Shown: piece after piece, positions 1-10,164 of the stretch | How the letters are laid out: each line of letters begins with the position of its first letter | Position numbering within the stretch: position 1 is the first letter of the stretch | From: an uncultured Bacilli bacterium | GTDB taxonomy: Bacteria; Bacillota_I; Bacilli_A; RF39; UBA660 | Reading direction: 5' to 3' | Assembly (NCBI GenBank): GCA_934130375.1 | Contig: CAKOXW010000001.1 | Span: 136,067-200,066 of the forward strand | Length of the DNA stretch: 64,000 bases | The notes under the pieces: model-generated | Database searches by the model: none | The model's input: the letters and a program-made list of their open reading frames with translations, nothing else | Told to the model about the DNA's origin: nothing | Made by a program: the position numbers and the translations under genes

Positions 1-683
1 TCTTTTGTATATACACTTCCTATAAATGGTAATCTTACTTGTCCATTTAGTGAATGCCCCGAAGCAATTAAATCAAAATTGTATTTAAGTACAGAAGTTA
101 CACCATCAGGATAGTGCGTTAATAATATTTTATAATTATATGTATTTAGATTTATATTTTCTTTAATCTCATTTGTTAAGCTTTTATCTGGTGAAATTCC
201 AGATAAAAATATTGTTTCATTTTTTTCATTATATATTACTTCATATGTATCATCTAGTGATATAAAGTTTGAATTACTCATAATTGTATCAAATGTTTTA
301 TATAATAAATCTTCATCGCCATTTACATAGTATTTGCCATAGTATGCATTTATATTTTTTAAATTTTCTATTAATACATTATCTATTTCCTTATTATATT
401 TTGTATTTTTATCTACTAAGTCTCCAGTAAATAATACAATGTCTGGTTTAGTTAAATTTATTTCTTTTACTAATTTTTTTAGTTTTTTTTCATTAGTCAT
501 TCCATAGTGCAAATCAGTTACATGAACAATTTTTAGACCATAGAAATTACCAATATTGTTATTTATTATTTTATATTCTTTTACCTTAATACCCATATTA
601 CCAATGTATCTTAGTAATATAAATAGGGTTGCGATAATAAGAATAACAAGGAATATTATTTTCCATTTCTTTTTTAGTTTCAT
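1..683 (-). CDS. Calcineurin-like metallophosphoesterase, membrane-anchored; partial, C-terminus lies beyond window start
   Basis: Not in ORF track (runs off the window edge). Revcomp from ATG at 681-683 reads MKLKKKWKIIFLVILIIATLF... (TM anchor), then HVTDLHYG...PDIVLFTGDL metallophosphatase motifs. Start overlaps the stop of the upstream CPBP gene. Confidence 0.6.
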   Translation of the reverse strand, partial: MKLKKKWKIIFLVILIIATLFILLRYIGNMGIKVKEYKIINNNIGNFYGLKIVHVTDLHYGMTNEKKLKKLVKEINLTKPDIVLFTGDLVDKNTKYNKEIDNVLIENLKNINAYYGKYYVNGDEDLLYKTFDTIMSNSNFISLDDTYEVIYNEKNETIFLSGISPDKSLTNEIKENINLNTYNYKILLTHYPDGVTSVLKYNFDLIASGHSLNGQVRLPFIGSVYTK

Positions 684-685
684 AG

Positions 686-1363
686 TTACCTCACAAAGTA
701 TAGTAGTAATAATATTGTGTTATGCATAAAGTGTATTGTTATTGTAGACCATATATTTTTTGAATCTATAAATATATACATGAATACTGCACCAAAAGAC
801 CCATAAGGTATTATGTATAATAAGTCTTGTAATGATTGATATGTACCAATAACATGTGCAATGCCAAAGATTAGTCCGGATGCGATAATGGCTAAGGTTT
901 TGTTTATGAATATATTTTTAATAGTTTTTCTATATATTAATTCTTCTACTATTGGTGCACATATACATACTGATAATGCTGAATATATAGGAAGAGTATC
1001 TGCAATAGACCTTACTGCTTGTTCATTGTTTGATAGTTCTTTTCCTGTTATAGCAGTTATTATAGTGTCTGTTAGTGTCATTAGTATTAATGCTAGCATA
1101 TACAATTTTACATATTTATCTAAATTATCTATAAAGTTTTCTTTATAATTTTTTAAATCTTTCTTTAAATCATCCTTATATATTAATACTAGTGTAATAA
1201 GTGGTATTAATTCTAATGAATAAATTAGTATTATTTTTACTAATCTTGATGCATTCATGTAATCAAATTTGAATAAATCAAATAAGAAAAATGCAATGTC
1301 AGAAAAGAAGTAATAAAATAAAAATACCATAACTCCTGTTATTATTTGCTTTAAATATTTCAT
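686..1363 (-). CDS. CPBP family intramembrane glutamic endopeptidase (CAAX protease / Abi-like)
   Basis: Polytopic membrane ORF with EELIYRKTI (EExxxR) and FGIAHV (FxxxH) motifs typical of CPBP/Abi proteases. Confidence 0.65.
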   Translation of the reverse strand: MKYLKQIITGVMVFLFYYFFSDIAFFLFDLFKFDYMNASRLVKIILIYSLELIPLITLVLIYKDDLKKDLKNYKENFIDNLDKYVKLYMLALILMTLTDTIITAITGKELSNNEQAVRSIADTLPIYSALSVCICAPIVEELIYRKTIKNIFINKTLAIIASGLIFGIAHVIGTYQSLQDLLYIIPYGSFGAVFMYIFIDSKNIWSTITIHFMHNTILLLLYFVR

Positions 1364-1399
1364 TTTGCCTCCAATCTTAATAATTATAGCATGTTTCTA

Positions 1400-1461
1400 T
1401 TGTTTTTTAAAGATAATGTGTTATAATATTTGTAGCAGCGAAGAGTGGGACAACCCACTCT
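1400..1461 (+). promoter_or_regulatory. Putative promoter (TTGTTT -35 at 1400-1405, TGT-TATAAT -10 at 1422-1427) followed by a leader hairpin agagtggg-acaa-cccactct (1442-1461) plus a U-rich tract, upstream of rimP-nusA-infB
   Basis: Hexamers and a perfect 8-bp GC-containing stem read directly. Position in the 5' leader of the nusA operon suggests NusA-dependent autoregulatory attenuation (inference). Confidence 0.4.
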
Positions 1462-1483
1462 TTGAAATTTATTTGGAGGAAGT

Positions 1484-1741
1484 ATGGGTTTAGAAGATAA
1501 GATTAGAAGTGTTATTGAAGAAAAAGTTAATGAAATTGGTATTAATATCGTATCAATTAAATATGAAAAAGAAAATGGAGTTAACTATTTAAGAATATTT
1601 ATTGATAAAGAACCATTTATAAATATAGATGATTGTGTTAAAGTAACTGAGATAGTTAATCCAATTTTAGATGAGTATGATTTTATAGATGAGCAATATA
1701 TGCTTGATATATCTTCAATAGAAAAAGGAGGGAATTTATAA
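1484..1741 (+). CDS. rimP: Ribosome maturation factor RimP, short form (N-terminal domain only, 85 aa)
   Basis: Sequence FIDKEPFINIDDCVKVTEIVNPILDE matches the RimP N-domain. Stop overlaps the nusA ATG (ATAATG). Conserved position before nusA. Confidence 0.6.
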   Translation: MGLEDKIRSVIEEKVNEIGINIVSIKYEKENGVNYLRIFIDKEPFINIDDCVKVTEIVNPILDEYDFIDEQYMLDISSIEKGGNL

Positions 1742-2820
1742 TGAACAAAGAAGAATTTATTAAGGCTGTTGATTTTGTTGCGAAAGAAAAAGGTATTTCT
1801 AAAGATATTATTTTTGAAGCAATGGAGTTAGCATTATTAACTGCTTATAAGAAGAATTTTGATTCTAAAACTAATGCGAGAGTTGATATTAATCGTGAGA
1901 CTGGTGAGATTAAGGTTTATAAAGTATTAACTGTTGTTGATAGTATAGATGAAGAAGATCCAGAAGCATATGCGAAAATATTAGAAAGTGATGCGGATAA
2001 GATAGTAAAGGGTATTAAAGTAGGTGAAACTATTGAAGAAGAGATTACACCTAAAGATTTTGGTAGAGTAGCAACTTCTACTGCTAAGCAAGTTATGACA
2101 CAGAAATTAAGAGAAGCAGAAAGAGAAAGTATTATGTCTGAATTTGAGGGAAAGCAAGATGAGTTACTTGTTGGACAAGTTTCAAGAGAAGATGGTTTAA
2201 ATTACTATATTGATTTAGGTAGAGCACATGGTATTTTACCTAAGAAGGAATTAATACCAGGTGAGAAAATTGAAATGGGCTCTTCAATTAAAGTATATGT
2301 TACTAAGATTGAGGATTCAAAAGGACCACTTATCTTGTTATCAAGAAATCATTTTGGATTTGTTAAAAGATTACTTGAGCATGAAGTACCTGAATTTGCA
2401 GATGGTACAGTAAAACTATATAGTGTTGCAAGAGACGCTGGTTCAAGAAGTAAAGTTGCTGTTTATTCTGATAATCCAAGAGTTGATGCGATTGGAGCAT
2501 GTATTGGTGAAAAGGGTAGTAGAATTGCTAATATAATGAAGGAATTAAATGGTGAGAAGTTAGATATAGTATTGTATGATAAAGATCCAGTTAAATTTAT
2601 TAAAAATGCACTTAGTCCTGCTAAGGATGTTAATGTTCTAATTATGGACCCAAAAGAAAATGCAGCGCTTGCAATTGCAGATGGTGAACAATTATCACTT
2701 GCAATTGGTAAGAAAGGTCAAAATGTAAGGCTTGCATCTCGTTTAACTAAATATAAAATTGATGTTAAGACAAGTGCTGAATTAAAAGATATGGGTATAA
2801 ATATTGGCTTTGAGGGATAA
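1741..2820 (+). CDS. nusA: Transcription termination/antitermination factor NusA
   Basis: N-terminal NusA domain, S1 and two KH domains recognisable (GRVATSTAKQVM..., GACIGEKGSRI..., AIGKKGQNVRLASRLT). Operon context is nusA-ylxR-infB-rbfA. Confidence 0.95.
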   Translation: MNKEEFIKAVDFVAKEKGISKDIIFEAMELALLTAYKKNFDSKTNARVDINRETGEIKVYKVLTVVDSIDEEDPEAYAKILESDADKIVKGIKVGETIEEEITPKDFGRVATSTAKQVMTQKLREAERESIMSEFEGKQDELLVGQVSREDGLNYYIDLGRAHGILPKKELIPGEKIEMGSSIKVYVTKIEDSKGPLILLSRNHFGFVKRLLEHEVPEFADGTVKLYSVARDAGSRSKVAVYSDNPRVDAIGACIGEKGSRIANIMKELNGEKLDIVLYDKDPVKFIKNALSPAKDVNVLIMDPKENAALAIADGEQLSLAIGKKGQNVRLASRLTKYKIDVKTSAELKDMGINIGFEG

Positions 2821-2821
2821 T

Positions 2822-3082
2822 ATGAAAAAGATACCACTAAGAACTTGTTGTGTAACGAAAGAAAAATGTGAAAAAAGAGATTTAATTAGAATTGTTAGAA
2901 TGCCTAGTGGAGAAGTAAAAGTAGATTTAACAGGAAAATTAAATGGTAGAGGAGCGTATATTAAGGCTGATAAATCAGTAATAGATAAAGCTAAGAAATC
3001 TAAGGTGTTAGATAGACATTTAGAGGTAAGTGTTCCTGATACTGTTTATGAGGAGTTAGTTAGTATAGTAGAAAATAGATAA
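2822..3082 (+). CDS. ylxR: YlxR/DUF448 family RNA-binding protein
   Basis: Sequence MKKIPLRTCCVTKEK...RGAYI is typical of YlxR. RBS GAGGGA lies before the ATG at 2822. The track start at 2804 overlaps the nusA end. Confidence 0.75.
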   Translation: MKKIPLRTCCVTKEKCEKRDLIRIVRMPSGEVKVDLTGKLNGRGAYIKADKSVIDKAKKSKVLDRHLEVSVPDTVYEELVSIVENR

Positions 3083-3094
3083 GAGGTGATAATT

Positions 3095-5182
3095 ATGATG
3101 AGTGTAAAAGAATATGCTTTAGATGTAGGTAGAAGTGTAAAAGTAATATTAGATAAGTGCAATACTTTAGGTTTTTCTGCATCAAATGAAGATGATATCT
3201 TAAGTGAAGATGAAGTAATTGATCTTGATAATGCTGTTTATGAAGATAATGAAGAAGAAAACTTAATAGATAAAGCAGAAGAAATAGTATCTAATATGAA
3301 AAATGTAGATGATACTGTTCATGTACAAAAACTTAAGAAGAAAAGTGATATTATAAGTGCAAATGATTTTAAAAAAGAAAAGAAAGAAATGTATAAGCAT
3401 AAAGAAAAATTAATGTCTAATGCACCAGTTAAGGAAGATAATAAAATTGTATATGAAGAAAATATGACATTGTCTAAATTAGCAGAGAAATTAAATGCTA
3501 ATCCTATTGATTTAATAAAGAAATTCATGTCACTTGGAGTTATGGCTAATTTAAATAGTGTTGTTTCTTATGATGATGCTGAATTAGTTGTAATGGATTA
3601 TGATAAAGAATTAAAAAAAGCAGAAACAATGGATGCTAGTAATTTTGAGAAACTTGAAATTACTGATGATGCTAAGGATTTAGAACAGAGGCCTCCAGTT
3701 GTAACAATAATGGGACATGTTGACCATGGTAAAACTAGTTTACTTGATACTATAAGAAGAAGTAATGTAGTATCAGGTGAAGCAGGTGGTATTACTCAAC
3801 ATATTGGTGCTTATCAAGTAGAGAAAAATGGTAAGAAAATTACATTTATTGATACTCCTGGACATGCAGCATTTACAGAGATGCGTGCTAGAGGAGCAGC
3901 AATTACTGATATAGTAATTATTATAGTTGCAGCAGATGATGGTGTAATGCCTCAAACTAAAGAAGCAATTGATCATGCTAAGGCTGCTAAGGTGCCTATT
4001 ATAGTTGCTGTAAATAAAATAGATAAACCAGATGCAAATATACAAAAAGTATTAACTGAGATGACTGAGGCAGGTTTAACGCCTGATAGTTGGGGAGGAG
4101 ATACTACATTTGTAAATATTTCTGCAAAAACTGGAGAAGGTATTGATGAGTTATTAGAAACAATTTTGTTAACTGCTGAAATGCAAGATTTAAAAGCAAA
4201 TAAAAATAGGTATGCTTTAGGTACAGTTATAGAGGCAAAACTTGATAAGAACGTTGGATCTGTAGTAACTCTACTTATTCAAAATGGAACTCTAAGGTTA
4301 GGGGATCCTATAGTAGTTGGTACTTGTTTTGGTAAAGTTAGAACATTAAAAAATGATTTAGGTGAACAAATTGCGCATGCACTTCCATCTACTCCAGTTG
4401 AAATAACAGGTTTAAATGAAATACCTTCTGCGGGGGATAAGTTTATGGCTTTTGAAACTGAGAAACAAGCAAAGAGTATTGCTGAGGCTAGAAAAGAGAA
4501 AATGAAAGAGAAATCTAATAAGAATAGTAATTCTGTTAGTCTTGATGATTTATTTTCTAAGATTGAAAGTGGAGTTAAAGAAGTAAATATTATTTTAAAA
4601 GCAGATGTAAAGGGTTCTGAAGAAGCAGTTAGAAATGCTTTAATGAAAGTAAATGTAGAAGGTGTTAGAACTAATATAATTAGAAGTGGTACTGGAACAA
4701 TTACTGAAAGTGATATTGTTCTTGCAAATGCATCAAGTGCAATTATTATTGGATTTAATGTAAGACCATCTTCTAAGACTAAAGAATTTGCTAAGGAATA
4801 TAATGTTGATATTAGATTACATAATATTATATATAAAGTAGTAGAAGAGTTAGAATCTGCTATGAAAGGTATGCTTGACCCTGAATATGAAGAAAAAGTA
4901 TTAGGTGAGGCTGAAGTTAGACAATTATTTAAATTTTCTAAAGTTGGTACGATAGCAGGTTCTTATGTAACAAATGGTATTATTAAATCTAATTCTAAGG
5001 CTAGATTAATGCGTGATGGTGTTGTTATTTATGATGGCAGTATTAATTCAGTACAAAGAGAAAAAGATAGTGTTAAAGAAGTAAAACAAGGATTTGAATG
5101 TGGTATAACTCTTACTGATTATAGTGATATAAAAGAAGGGGATATAATTGAATCTTATGAAATGCAAGAGGTAAAAAGATGA
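3095..5182 (+). CDS. infB: Translation initiation factor IF-2
   Basis: GTP-binding domain [35 protein letters not shown] 6 nt before the ATG at 3095; the track start at 3086 is GTG. Confidence 0.95.
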   Translation: MMSVKEYALDVGRSVKVILDKCNTLGFSASNEDDILSEDEVIDLDNAVYEDNEEENLIDKAEEIVSNMKNVDDTVHVQKLKKKSDIISANDFKKEKKEMYKHKEKLMSNAPVKEDNKIVYEENMTLSKLAEKLNANPIDLIKKFMSLGVMANLNSVVSYDDAELVVMDYDKELKKAETMDASNFEKLEITDDAKDLEQRPPVVTIMGHVDHGKTSLLDTIRRSNVVSGEAGGITQHIGAYQVEKNGKKITFIDTPGHAAFTEMRARGAAITDIVIIIVAADDGVMPQTKEAIDHAKAAKVPIIVAVNKIDKPDANIQKVLTEMTEAGLTPDSWGGDTTFVNISAKTGEGIDELLETILLTAEMQDLKANKNRYALGTVIEAKLDKNVGSVVTLLIQNGTLRLGDPIVVGTCFGKVRTLKNDLGEQIAHALPSTPVEITGLNEIPSAGDKFMAFETEKQAKSIAEARKEKMKEKSNKNSNSVSLDDLFSKIESGVKEVNIILKADVKGSEEAVRNALMKVNVEGVRTNIIRSGTGTITESDIVLANASSAIIIGFNVRPSSKTKEFAKEYNVDIRLHNIIYKVVEELESAMKGMLDPEYEEKVLGEAEVRQLFKFSKVGTIAGSYVTNGIIKSNSKARLMRDGVVIYDGSINSVQREKDSVKEVKQGFECGITLTDYSDIKEGDIIESYEMQEVKR

Positions 5183-5523
5183 AGATAAAAACAGAAAGAT
5201 ATGCTAGTCTTTTATTAAAAGAAATTAATGATATTTTATATAATGAAATACATGATGAAGATATTATTGGTACTACTGCAACATATGTAAAACTTGCTGA
5301 TGATTTAAGTTATGCTAAGGTATATTGTTCAGTATTTAAAACTGATAAGAAAGATAAAGCAATTCATGATTTAAATAATGCTGAAGGTTTTATTAAATCA
5401 ATTCTTTGTAAGAAAAAATTACCACTTAGAATAATACCTGATTTAGAATTTGTATATGATGAATCTATTGAATATGGTATGAAAATAGAGAAGATATTAG
5501 AAGAAACTAAGAAAGAAGATTAG
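5179..5523 (+). CDS. rbfA: Ribosome-binding factor A
   Basis: RbfA family sequence ([20 protein letters not shown]...). Overlaps the infB stop. Conserved operon position. Confidence 0.9.
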   Translation: MKIKTERYASLLLKEINDILYNEIHDEDIIGTTATYVKLADDLSYAKVYCSVFKTDKKDKAIHDLNNAEGFIKSILCKKKLPLRIIPDLEFVYDESIEYGMKIEKILEETKKED

Positions 5524-5538
5524 TTTCTTTTTATTTTG
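5504..5538 (+). terminator. AT-rich hairpin agaaacta...tagtttct overlapping the rbfA stop, followed by a T-tract
   Basis: Inverted repeat plus TTTTTATTTT read directly. Confidence 0.45.
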
Positions 5539-5567
5539 TGTGTAGTCTTGGTCTTAAATGATTTTTA

Positions 5568-5597
5568 GTACAAAAATAAAAAGACCTATTTGGTCTT
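5568..5597 (-). terminator. Rho-independent terminator (aagacc-aaat-aggtctt + T-run on minus strand) after the VanY-like gene
   Basis: Perfect 6-7 bp stem followed by UUUUUAUUUUU on the minus strand. Confidence 0.55.
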
Positions 5598-6410
5598 ATT
5601 TAATAAATATTCTTCTAGTGTTTTATTATTTTCATACATATATGTAGCATGTGAAATACCTACATATCTTATATGCCATGGTTCATTTTTATAACCAGTA
5701 ATATTTTTATTTTCTTCTGTATACCTAATAATAAATCCATATAAATGTGCATTATCTTTTAACCAAGTAAATTCTTTAGTATCACCAAAACTTGTATATG
5801 GAAGAATAGTATTATATAAATCATATGCATAACCAGTTTGATGTTCAGAATGTCCTGCTCTTGCAGAGTAGGTGTCAACTATTTCCTTAGTATCATTTCT
5901 TAAATATCCTTCATATAATTTTTTCTGATATTCATAATCTCTATATGCAGATACTATCTTAATATTAAGACCAAGAGAAAATGCATCATTATATAAATCT
6001 TTAAAATGATTATAAGCATCACTATCACCCTTAATATTACTATTTATAGCATAAGGATAACCATAATTAATTAAATTATTTGGTACATAATCTTCATCTA
6101 AATAATAATATTTATTTACAAGTACTAAGTCAGTATACTTATTAATACTTTCAAACTTCTTTTCATAAAAATTATAATCTAAATTTAAATTAACATTTTT
6201 TACGATTTCATCTAAAGATAAATTATTATTCTTTTCTTTATATGCATTATATCTATCTTTATTTTCTTCTTTATAAGTAGTTATTTCTTTAAAAACATTT
6301 ACTTCATTATTCATATTATTATCCCCCAAATTATTCTTTACAATAATTATATAAATGTTTAATGAAATTATTACTAAAATAAGAATAATAAATATAATAT
6401 TTTTCTTCAT
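5586..6410 (-). CDS. M15B family D-alanyl-D-alanine carboxypeptidase (VanY-like), N-terminal TM anchor
   Basis: SAYRDYEYQKKLY, SARAGHSEHQTGYAYDL, EPWHIRYVG match VanY/M15 zinc peptidase motifs. Confidence 0.75.
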   Translation of the reverse strand: MKKNIIFIILILVIISLNIYIIIVKNNLGDNNMNNEVNVFKEITTYKEENKDRYNAYKEKNNNLSLDEIVKNVNLNLDYNFYEKKFESINKYTDLVLVNKYYYLDEDYVPNNLINYGYPYAINSNIKGDSDAYNHFKDLYNDAFSLGLNIKIVSAYRDYEYQKKLYEGYLRNDTKEIVDTYSARAGHSEHQTGYAYDLYNTILPYTSFGDTKEFTWLKDNAHLYGFIIRYTEENKNITGYKNEPWHIRYVGISHATYMYENNKTLEEYLLNKTK

Positions 6411-6446
6411 ATTACCACCATTTATATTATAATATATTCAAATTTA

Positions 6447-7145
6447 TTAGACAAGAGAATAACATTTACGTTTAGATTTAACTTTTCTTGTATTTTTATC
6501 TGCAATCACTGAACCTTCTTTTGCTTCTGTATATAAATCATCTTTTAAAGGTAACCAAAGATGCAATCTATAATCCCCCTTATCATCAGTTACATCAACC
6601 CACTCAGCAATAATGCCTTCATCATTTTCACAAACATCCAAACCATGTTTATGCATAATGCCTTCTGAGTTAGAATTAGTTAAATCTGTCCTTGCGTATA
6701 CTAAGTCAAATCCATTGTAATATGCGTATTCAATAGCAAAAGAAACAAGTTCACTACAAGCACCTCTTCCTCTATATTCTTTTAGAGTAGATAATCCGTA
6801 GAAATATAGATTACTTGGAATGTGTGCATCACTAGATTTAAAATCTACTGATACATTTTCTTCATTGTAAGTGCATCCATTCATAGATACTGGTCTTAAA
6901 TGTTCATCTAAATATAAGAATAACTTACCATTATCATTATATAATTTTAATTCTTCACAAGCAGATTCATATGTAATTTCTTCTCCATATTGTTCTTCAA
7001 ATGATTTTAATAAACTCATAAGTACATAAGCACTTCTATCTGAGTAATTCATAGTTGCAATGTAACAACCATTATCTAATTTTTTCCATATTTTAAATTC
7101 ATGTTTATCATTAAATATTTCATTGTAAAATTCTTTCTTATTCAT
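6447..7145 (-). CDS. GNAT family N-acetyltransferase
   Basis: RGRGACSELVSFAIEYA acetyl-CoA binding motif. Start moved to the second ATG (7145), which has GGAGG 5 nt upstream and avoids overlap with the M20 gene. Confidence 0.65.
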   Translation of the reverse strand: MNKKEFYNEIFNDKHEFKIWKKLDNGCYIATMNYSDRSAYVLMSLLKSFEEQYGEEITYESACEELKLYNDNGKLFLYLDEHLRPVSMNGCTYNEENVSVDFKSSDAHIPSNLYFYGLSTLKEYRGRGACSELVSFAIEYAYYNGFDLVYARTDLTNSNSEGIMHKHGLDVCENDEGIIAEWVDVTDDKGDYRLHLWLPLKDDLYTEAKEGSVIADKNTRKVKSKRKCYSLV

Positions 7146-8190
7146 AAAAACCTCCAATAAATTTCTCATATATTTTGTATAATGTATATAAACTATCTTT
7201 ATTTACAAACTCATTTTTGCAATGAGGAAAATCACCAATTGGGTTCATAATTATAGTTGGAATACCTTTATCACTAAAGAATATCGCATCAGATGTAGTT
7301 TCACATCCTTTTATAACAATCTCTTTATTAAGAACATCACTTGCTTTTTTAATATAATTTTTAACATATTTATTATTTAAATCAGTAGTAAAAGCACTTC
7401 CAATAGTTAATACTTCAGTAGTAACTGTATTATCAATATTTTTAATAAAATTAATAATATCATCTTTATCTTTTTCTAAGTACCTAATATCTAGTATTGC
7501 TTCTGCATAATCAGGAACCTGATTATTAGACTTACCACCATTTAATTTAGATAAGTTAACACTTGTTATAAACTCATCCTTAGACTTAGGAATAGGGTAC
7601 TTAGTTATTATTTTATTGTATACATCCATGAGTTTTAGAATTGCATTAACACCTTCAAATAATTTAGCTGAATGAGCCGGTTTAGTTTTAGTAGATAATT
7701 TTAATTGTATTAAACCTTTTTCTTCACTGATTAAATCAAAATTAGAACCACCATCAGGTACGATTGCAATCTTACTATTATAAATCTTAGATAACTCATT
7801 TGCACAATTACCATCTATTTCTTCATCACTTGTAATAAATAAAGCAATATTTAAATCAGTTTTAATATTTTTAAGTAGAGTAAGACAAACTGCAACCGAT
7901 GCCTTCATGTCTATAGTACCTCTTCCATAAATATTATCTTTATCTTCAGTAAAGTCGTATGTATCAGCATGCACGATATCAATATGAGTACACATTATAA
8001 CATCTAAATCATGACTATTTGTATTTGATAATACTAAAGCCTTTTTATCTTTAAACTTATATTCAGTAATTAAAAGATTGCTATAATTCTTTTTAATATA
8101 ATTAAATAACTTTTCAAATTCATCTTTATTTTCTTCATAAGTTTTAAAACTTAATAAATCTTTTAATGTTTTAATAATTTCTTCTTTCAT
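7138..8190 (-). CDS. M20 family metallopeptidase (ArgE/DapE/peptidase T-like)
   Basis: HIDIVHAD, GRGTIDMKASVAV, TSDEEIDG motifs. Start set at MKEEII (8190) with GAAGGAGGA RBS. The longer track ORF would run through a terminator hairpin. Confidence 0.75.
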   Translation of the reverse strand: MKEEIIKTLKDLLSFKTYEENKDEFEKLFNYIKKNYSNLLITEYKFKDKKALVLSNTNSHDLDVIMCTHIDIVHADTYDFTEDKDNIYGRGTIDMKASVAVCLTLLKNIKTDLNIALFITSDEEIDGNCANELSKIYNSKIAIVPDGGSNFDLISEEKGLIQLKLSTKTKPAHSAKLFEGVNAILKLMDVYNKIITKYPIPKSKDEFITSVNLSKLNGGKSNNQVPDYAEAILDIRYLEKDKDDIINFIKNIDNTVTTEVLTIGSAFTTDLNNKYVKNYIKKASDVLNKEIVIKGCETTSDAIFFSDKGIPTIIMNPIGDFPHCKNEFVNKDSLYTLYKIYEKFIGGFYE

Positions 8191-8202
8191 AAATCCTCCT
8201 TC

Positions 8203-8239
8203 AAAATTAAAAGACCCATGTACTTGCATACATAGGTCT
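8203..8239 (-). promoter_or_regulatory. Intrinsic terminator hairpin (11-bp stem with one G.U, 6-nt loop, then UUUUAAUUUU) located 10 nt upstream of the M20 peptidase RBS; candidate attenuator
   Basis: Read directly on the minus strand: agacctatgta-tgcaag-tacatgggtct tttaatttt GAAGGAGGAtttATG. Confidence 0.45.
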
Positions 8240-8304
8240 TAAATCATTTATAATTTAATCATATGGACACAAGCAACGTAAAACCACTTGTATCCGAATT
8301 CTTA

Positions 8305-8370
8305 TTATTCTTCCACAAGTGTAATATGTCTATCGCGTCTTCTTAATGATAAATTAATAAACTTTTTCAT
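8305..8370 (-). CDS. Putative 21-aa leader peptide MKKFINLSLRRRDRHITLVEE upstream of the attenuator
   Basis: Short ORF with GGGAA 7 nt upstream. Contains four Arg codons in a run of five. Tentative. Confidence 0.2.
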   Translation of the reverse strand: MKKFINLSLRRRDRHITLVEE

Positions 8371-8497
8371 AAACATTTCCCTTTCGATGAACGTATAGTA
8401 GCACATTTTTAATTTCTTTGTCAACACCTATTTTTAAATTTAGAATTCTCTTAGTAATAATAGTGCACATATAACATAAATTTTAATGAGGTGTTTT

Positions 8498-9637
8498 ATG
8501 AAAAAATTTATGTTGTTTTTAATACTATTATTTGTATTTATAACTCCAATTTCTGCTGAGGATTTAACTTTAAATGCTAAGAGTTCAATACTAATTGAGG
8601 CTAGTACTGGCAAGATATTATATGAAAAAAATAAAGATGAGAGATATGCCCCGGCATCTATGACAAAAATGATGAGTTTAGTTATTATTATGGATAATAT
8701 TTACAATGGTAACCTTAGACTAGATGAGATGGTAAAAACTAGTAAAAATGCATCAGGTATGGGAGGTTCGCAAATATTTTTAAAAGAAGGAGAAGAAATG
8801 AGTGTTGATGATATGCTTAAAGGTATCACGATTGGGTCTGCAAATGATGCGACTGTCGCACTTGCTGAGAGAATTGCCGGATCTGAAGAAGCATTTGTTA
8901 AAATTATGAATGAATATGCTAAGAAACTAGGCCTTAAAAATACTCATTTTAAAAATTGTACTGGTCTTGATGAAAATGATCATTATTCTTCGGCATACGA
9001 TATGAGTGTTATTGCTAGGGAACTTGTAAAACATGATAAAATACTTAATTATTCATCAATATACGAAACATATCTAAGAAGTGATACTGATAATAAATTT
9101 TGGTTAGTTAATACTAATAAACTAGTAAGATTTTACAAAGGTGTAGACGGGCTTAAAACTGGTTATACAGATACTGCCGGATACTGTTTAACTGCAACTA
9201 TTAATAAAGATAATATGAGGGTTATAGCAGTAGTTATGGGTGAAGATAGTAGTACAACAAGGAATAGTGAAGTATCTGGATTACTTGATTATGCATATAA
9301 TCTTTATAAAAAAGATACTTATATTACTAAAGAAGAAGTACTTGGTAATGCTAAGGTTGAGAAAGGAAATGTAGAATATGCTAATATAGTTACTAAAGAT
9401 GATATAAGTATTATAAATAAAAAAGAGTATAAAAGAGGAGAAATTAAGTTTGAACTTGATTTAAAGAACTTAAAAGCACCTATTAAAAAGGGAGATGTAG
9501 TTGGTAAAATCAAGGTTATAGAAAATGGTAATATTATAAGCGAGGCAGATGTTACTGTTGATAAAAATATAGATAAAGCAGGGTATTTTACTATGTTTAT
9601 AAGAAATTTAAAAGAAATAATAAGCGCAAATATATAG
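8498..9637 (+). CDS. D-alanyl-D-alanine carboxypeptidase (S11, PBP5/DacA/DacF-like) with signal peptide
   Basis: SMTKMMS (SxxK), SANDA (SxN), KTGYT (KTG). RBS GAGG 6 nt before the ATG at 8498. Confidence 0.85.
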   Translation: MKKFMLFLILLFVFITPISAEDLTLNAKSSILIEASTGKILYEKNKDERYAPASMTKMMSLVIIMDNIYNGNLRLDEMVKTSKNASGMGGSQIFLKEGEEMSVDDMLKGITIGSANDATVALAERIAGSEEAFVKIMNEYAKKLGLKNTHFKNCTGLDENDHYSSAYDMSVIARELVKHDKILNYSSIYETYLRSDTDNKFWLVNTNKLVRFYKGVDGLKTGYTDTAGYCLTATINKDNMRVIAVVMGEDSSTTRNSEVSGLLDYAYNLYKKDTYITKEEVLGNAKVEKGNVEYANIVTKDDISIINKKEYKRGEIKFELDLKNLKAPIKKGDVVGKIKVIENGNIISEADVTVDKNIDKAGYFTMFIRNLKEIISANI

Positions 9638-9683
9638 TTTGCGTTTTTTGTATGATATAATTAATAAGAAAGAGGGTGAAAAA

Positions 9684-10013
9684 ATGGCAACAATAGAAGA
9701 TTTTATGAAATTAGATATTAGAGTTGGTAAAATAATTGATGCTAAAATATTTGAAAAGGCAAAAAGACCTGCATATCAACTTAAAATTGATTTTGGTAGT
9801 GAAATAGGAATAAAAAAGTCTTCTGCTCAAATAACAGAAGTATATAAAGTAGATGATTTAATTGGGAAACAAGTTTTAGCAGTAGTAAATTTTCCACCAA
9901 GACAAATTGCAAATTTTTTATCAGAGGTTTTGGTACTTGGAACATATAGTAAACAAGGTGTAGTCTTAATAAAACCTGATGAATTAGTAGAAAATGGTGA
10001 TAAATTAGGTTAA
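9684..10013 (+). CDS. tRNA-binding domain protein (CsaA / EMAP-like)
   Basis: MATIEDFMKLDIRVGKII...QLKIDFG is typical of the CsaA/MetG C-terminal tRNA-binding fold. RBS AGAGGGTG. Confidence 0.7.
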   Translation: MATIEDFMKLDIRVGKIIDAKIFEKAKRPAYQLKIDFGSEIGIKKSSAQITEVYKVDDLIGKQVLAVVNFPPRQIANFLSEVLVLGTYSKQGVVLIKPDELVENGDKLG

Positions 10014-10164
10014 TTGCTACGTTTAGTAGCATGCTTGAATTAGTTGATGAAAGTTATGAAATAGATACAAATGAAAATATAAAAGAAAAATTAGATGCAA
10101 TAAATAATGAACTAATAAGAAGAAAAGAAAGAAAAAATGAAATAATAATAAGCGAGGTATTTAT

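Noticed and set aside
861-1148. Antisense ORFs inside strong CDSs (861-1148, 3319-3528, 3773-4045, 9319-9513, 9781-10032, 10161-10763, 17271-17771, 22182-22771, 23065-23503, 33582-33788, 34223-34444, 34888-35226, 35648-36138, 38277-38528, 40012-40314, 41560-41742, 43424-43609, 46031-46267, 47289-47510, 54736-54996, 55196-55402, 61201-61476)
   Set aside because: Each lies opposite or out of frame to a well-supported gene. They have low-complexity hydrophobic translations typical of AT-rich antisense frames, and no RBS.
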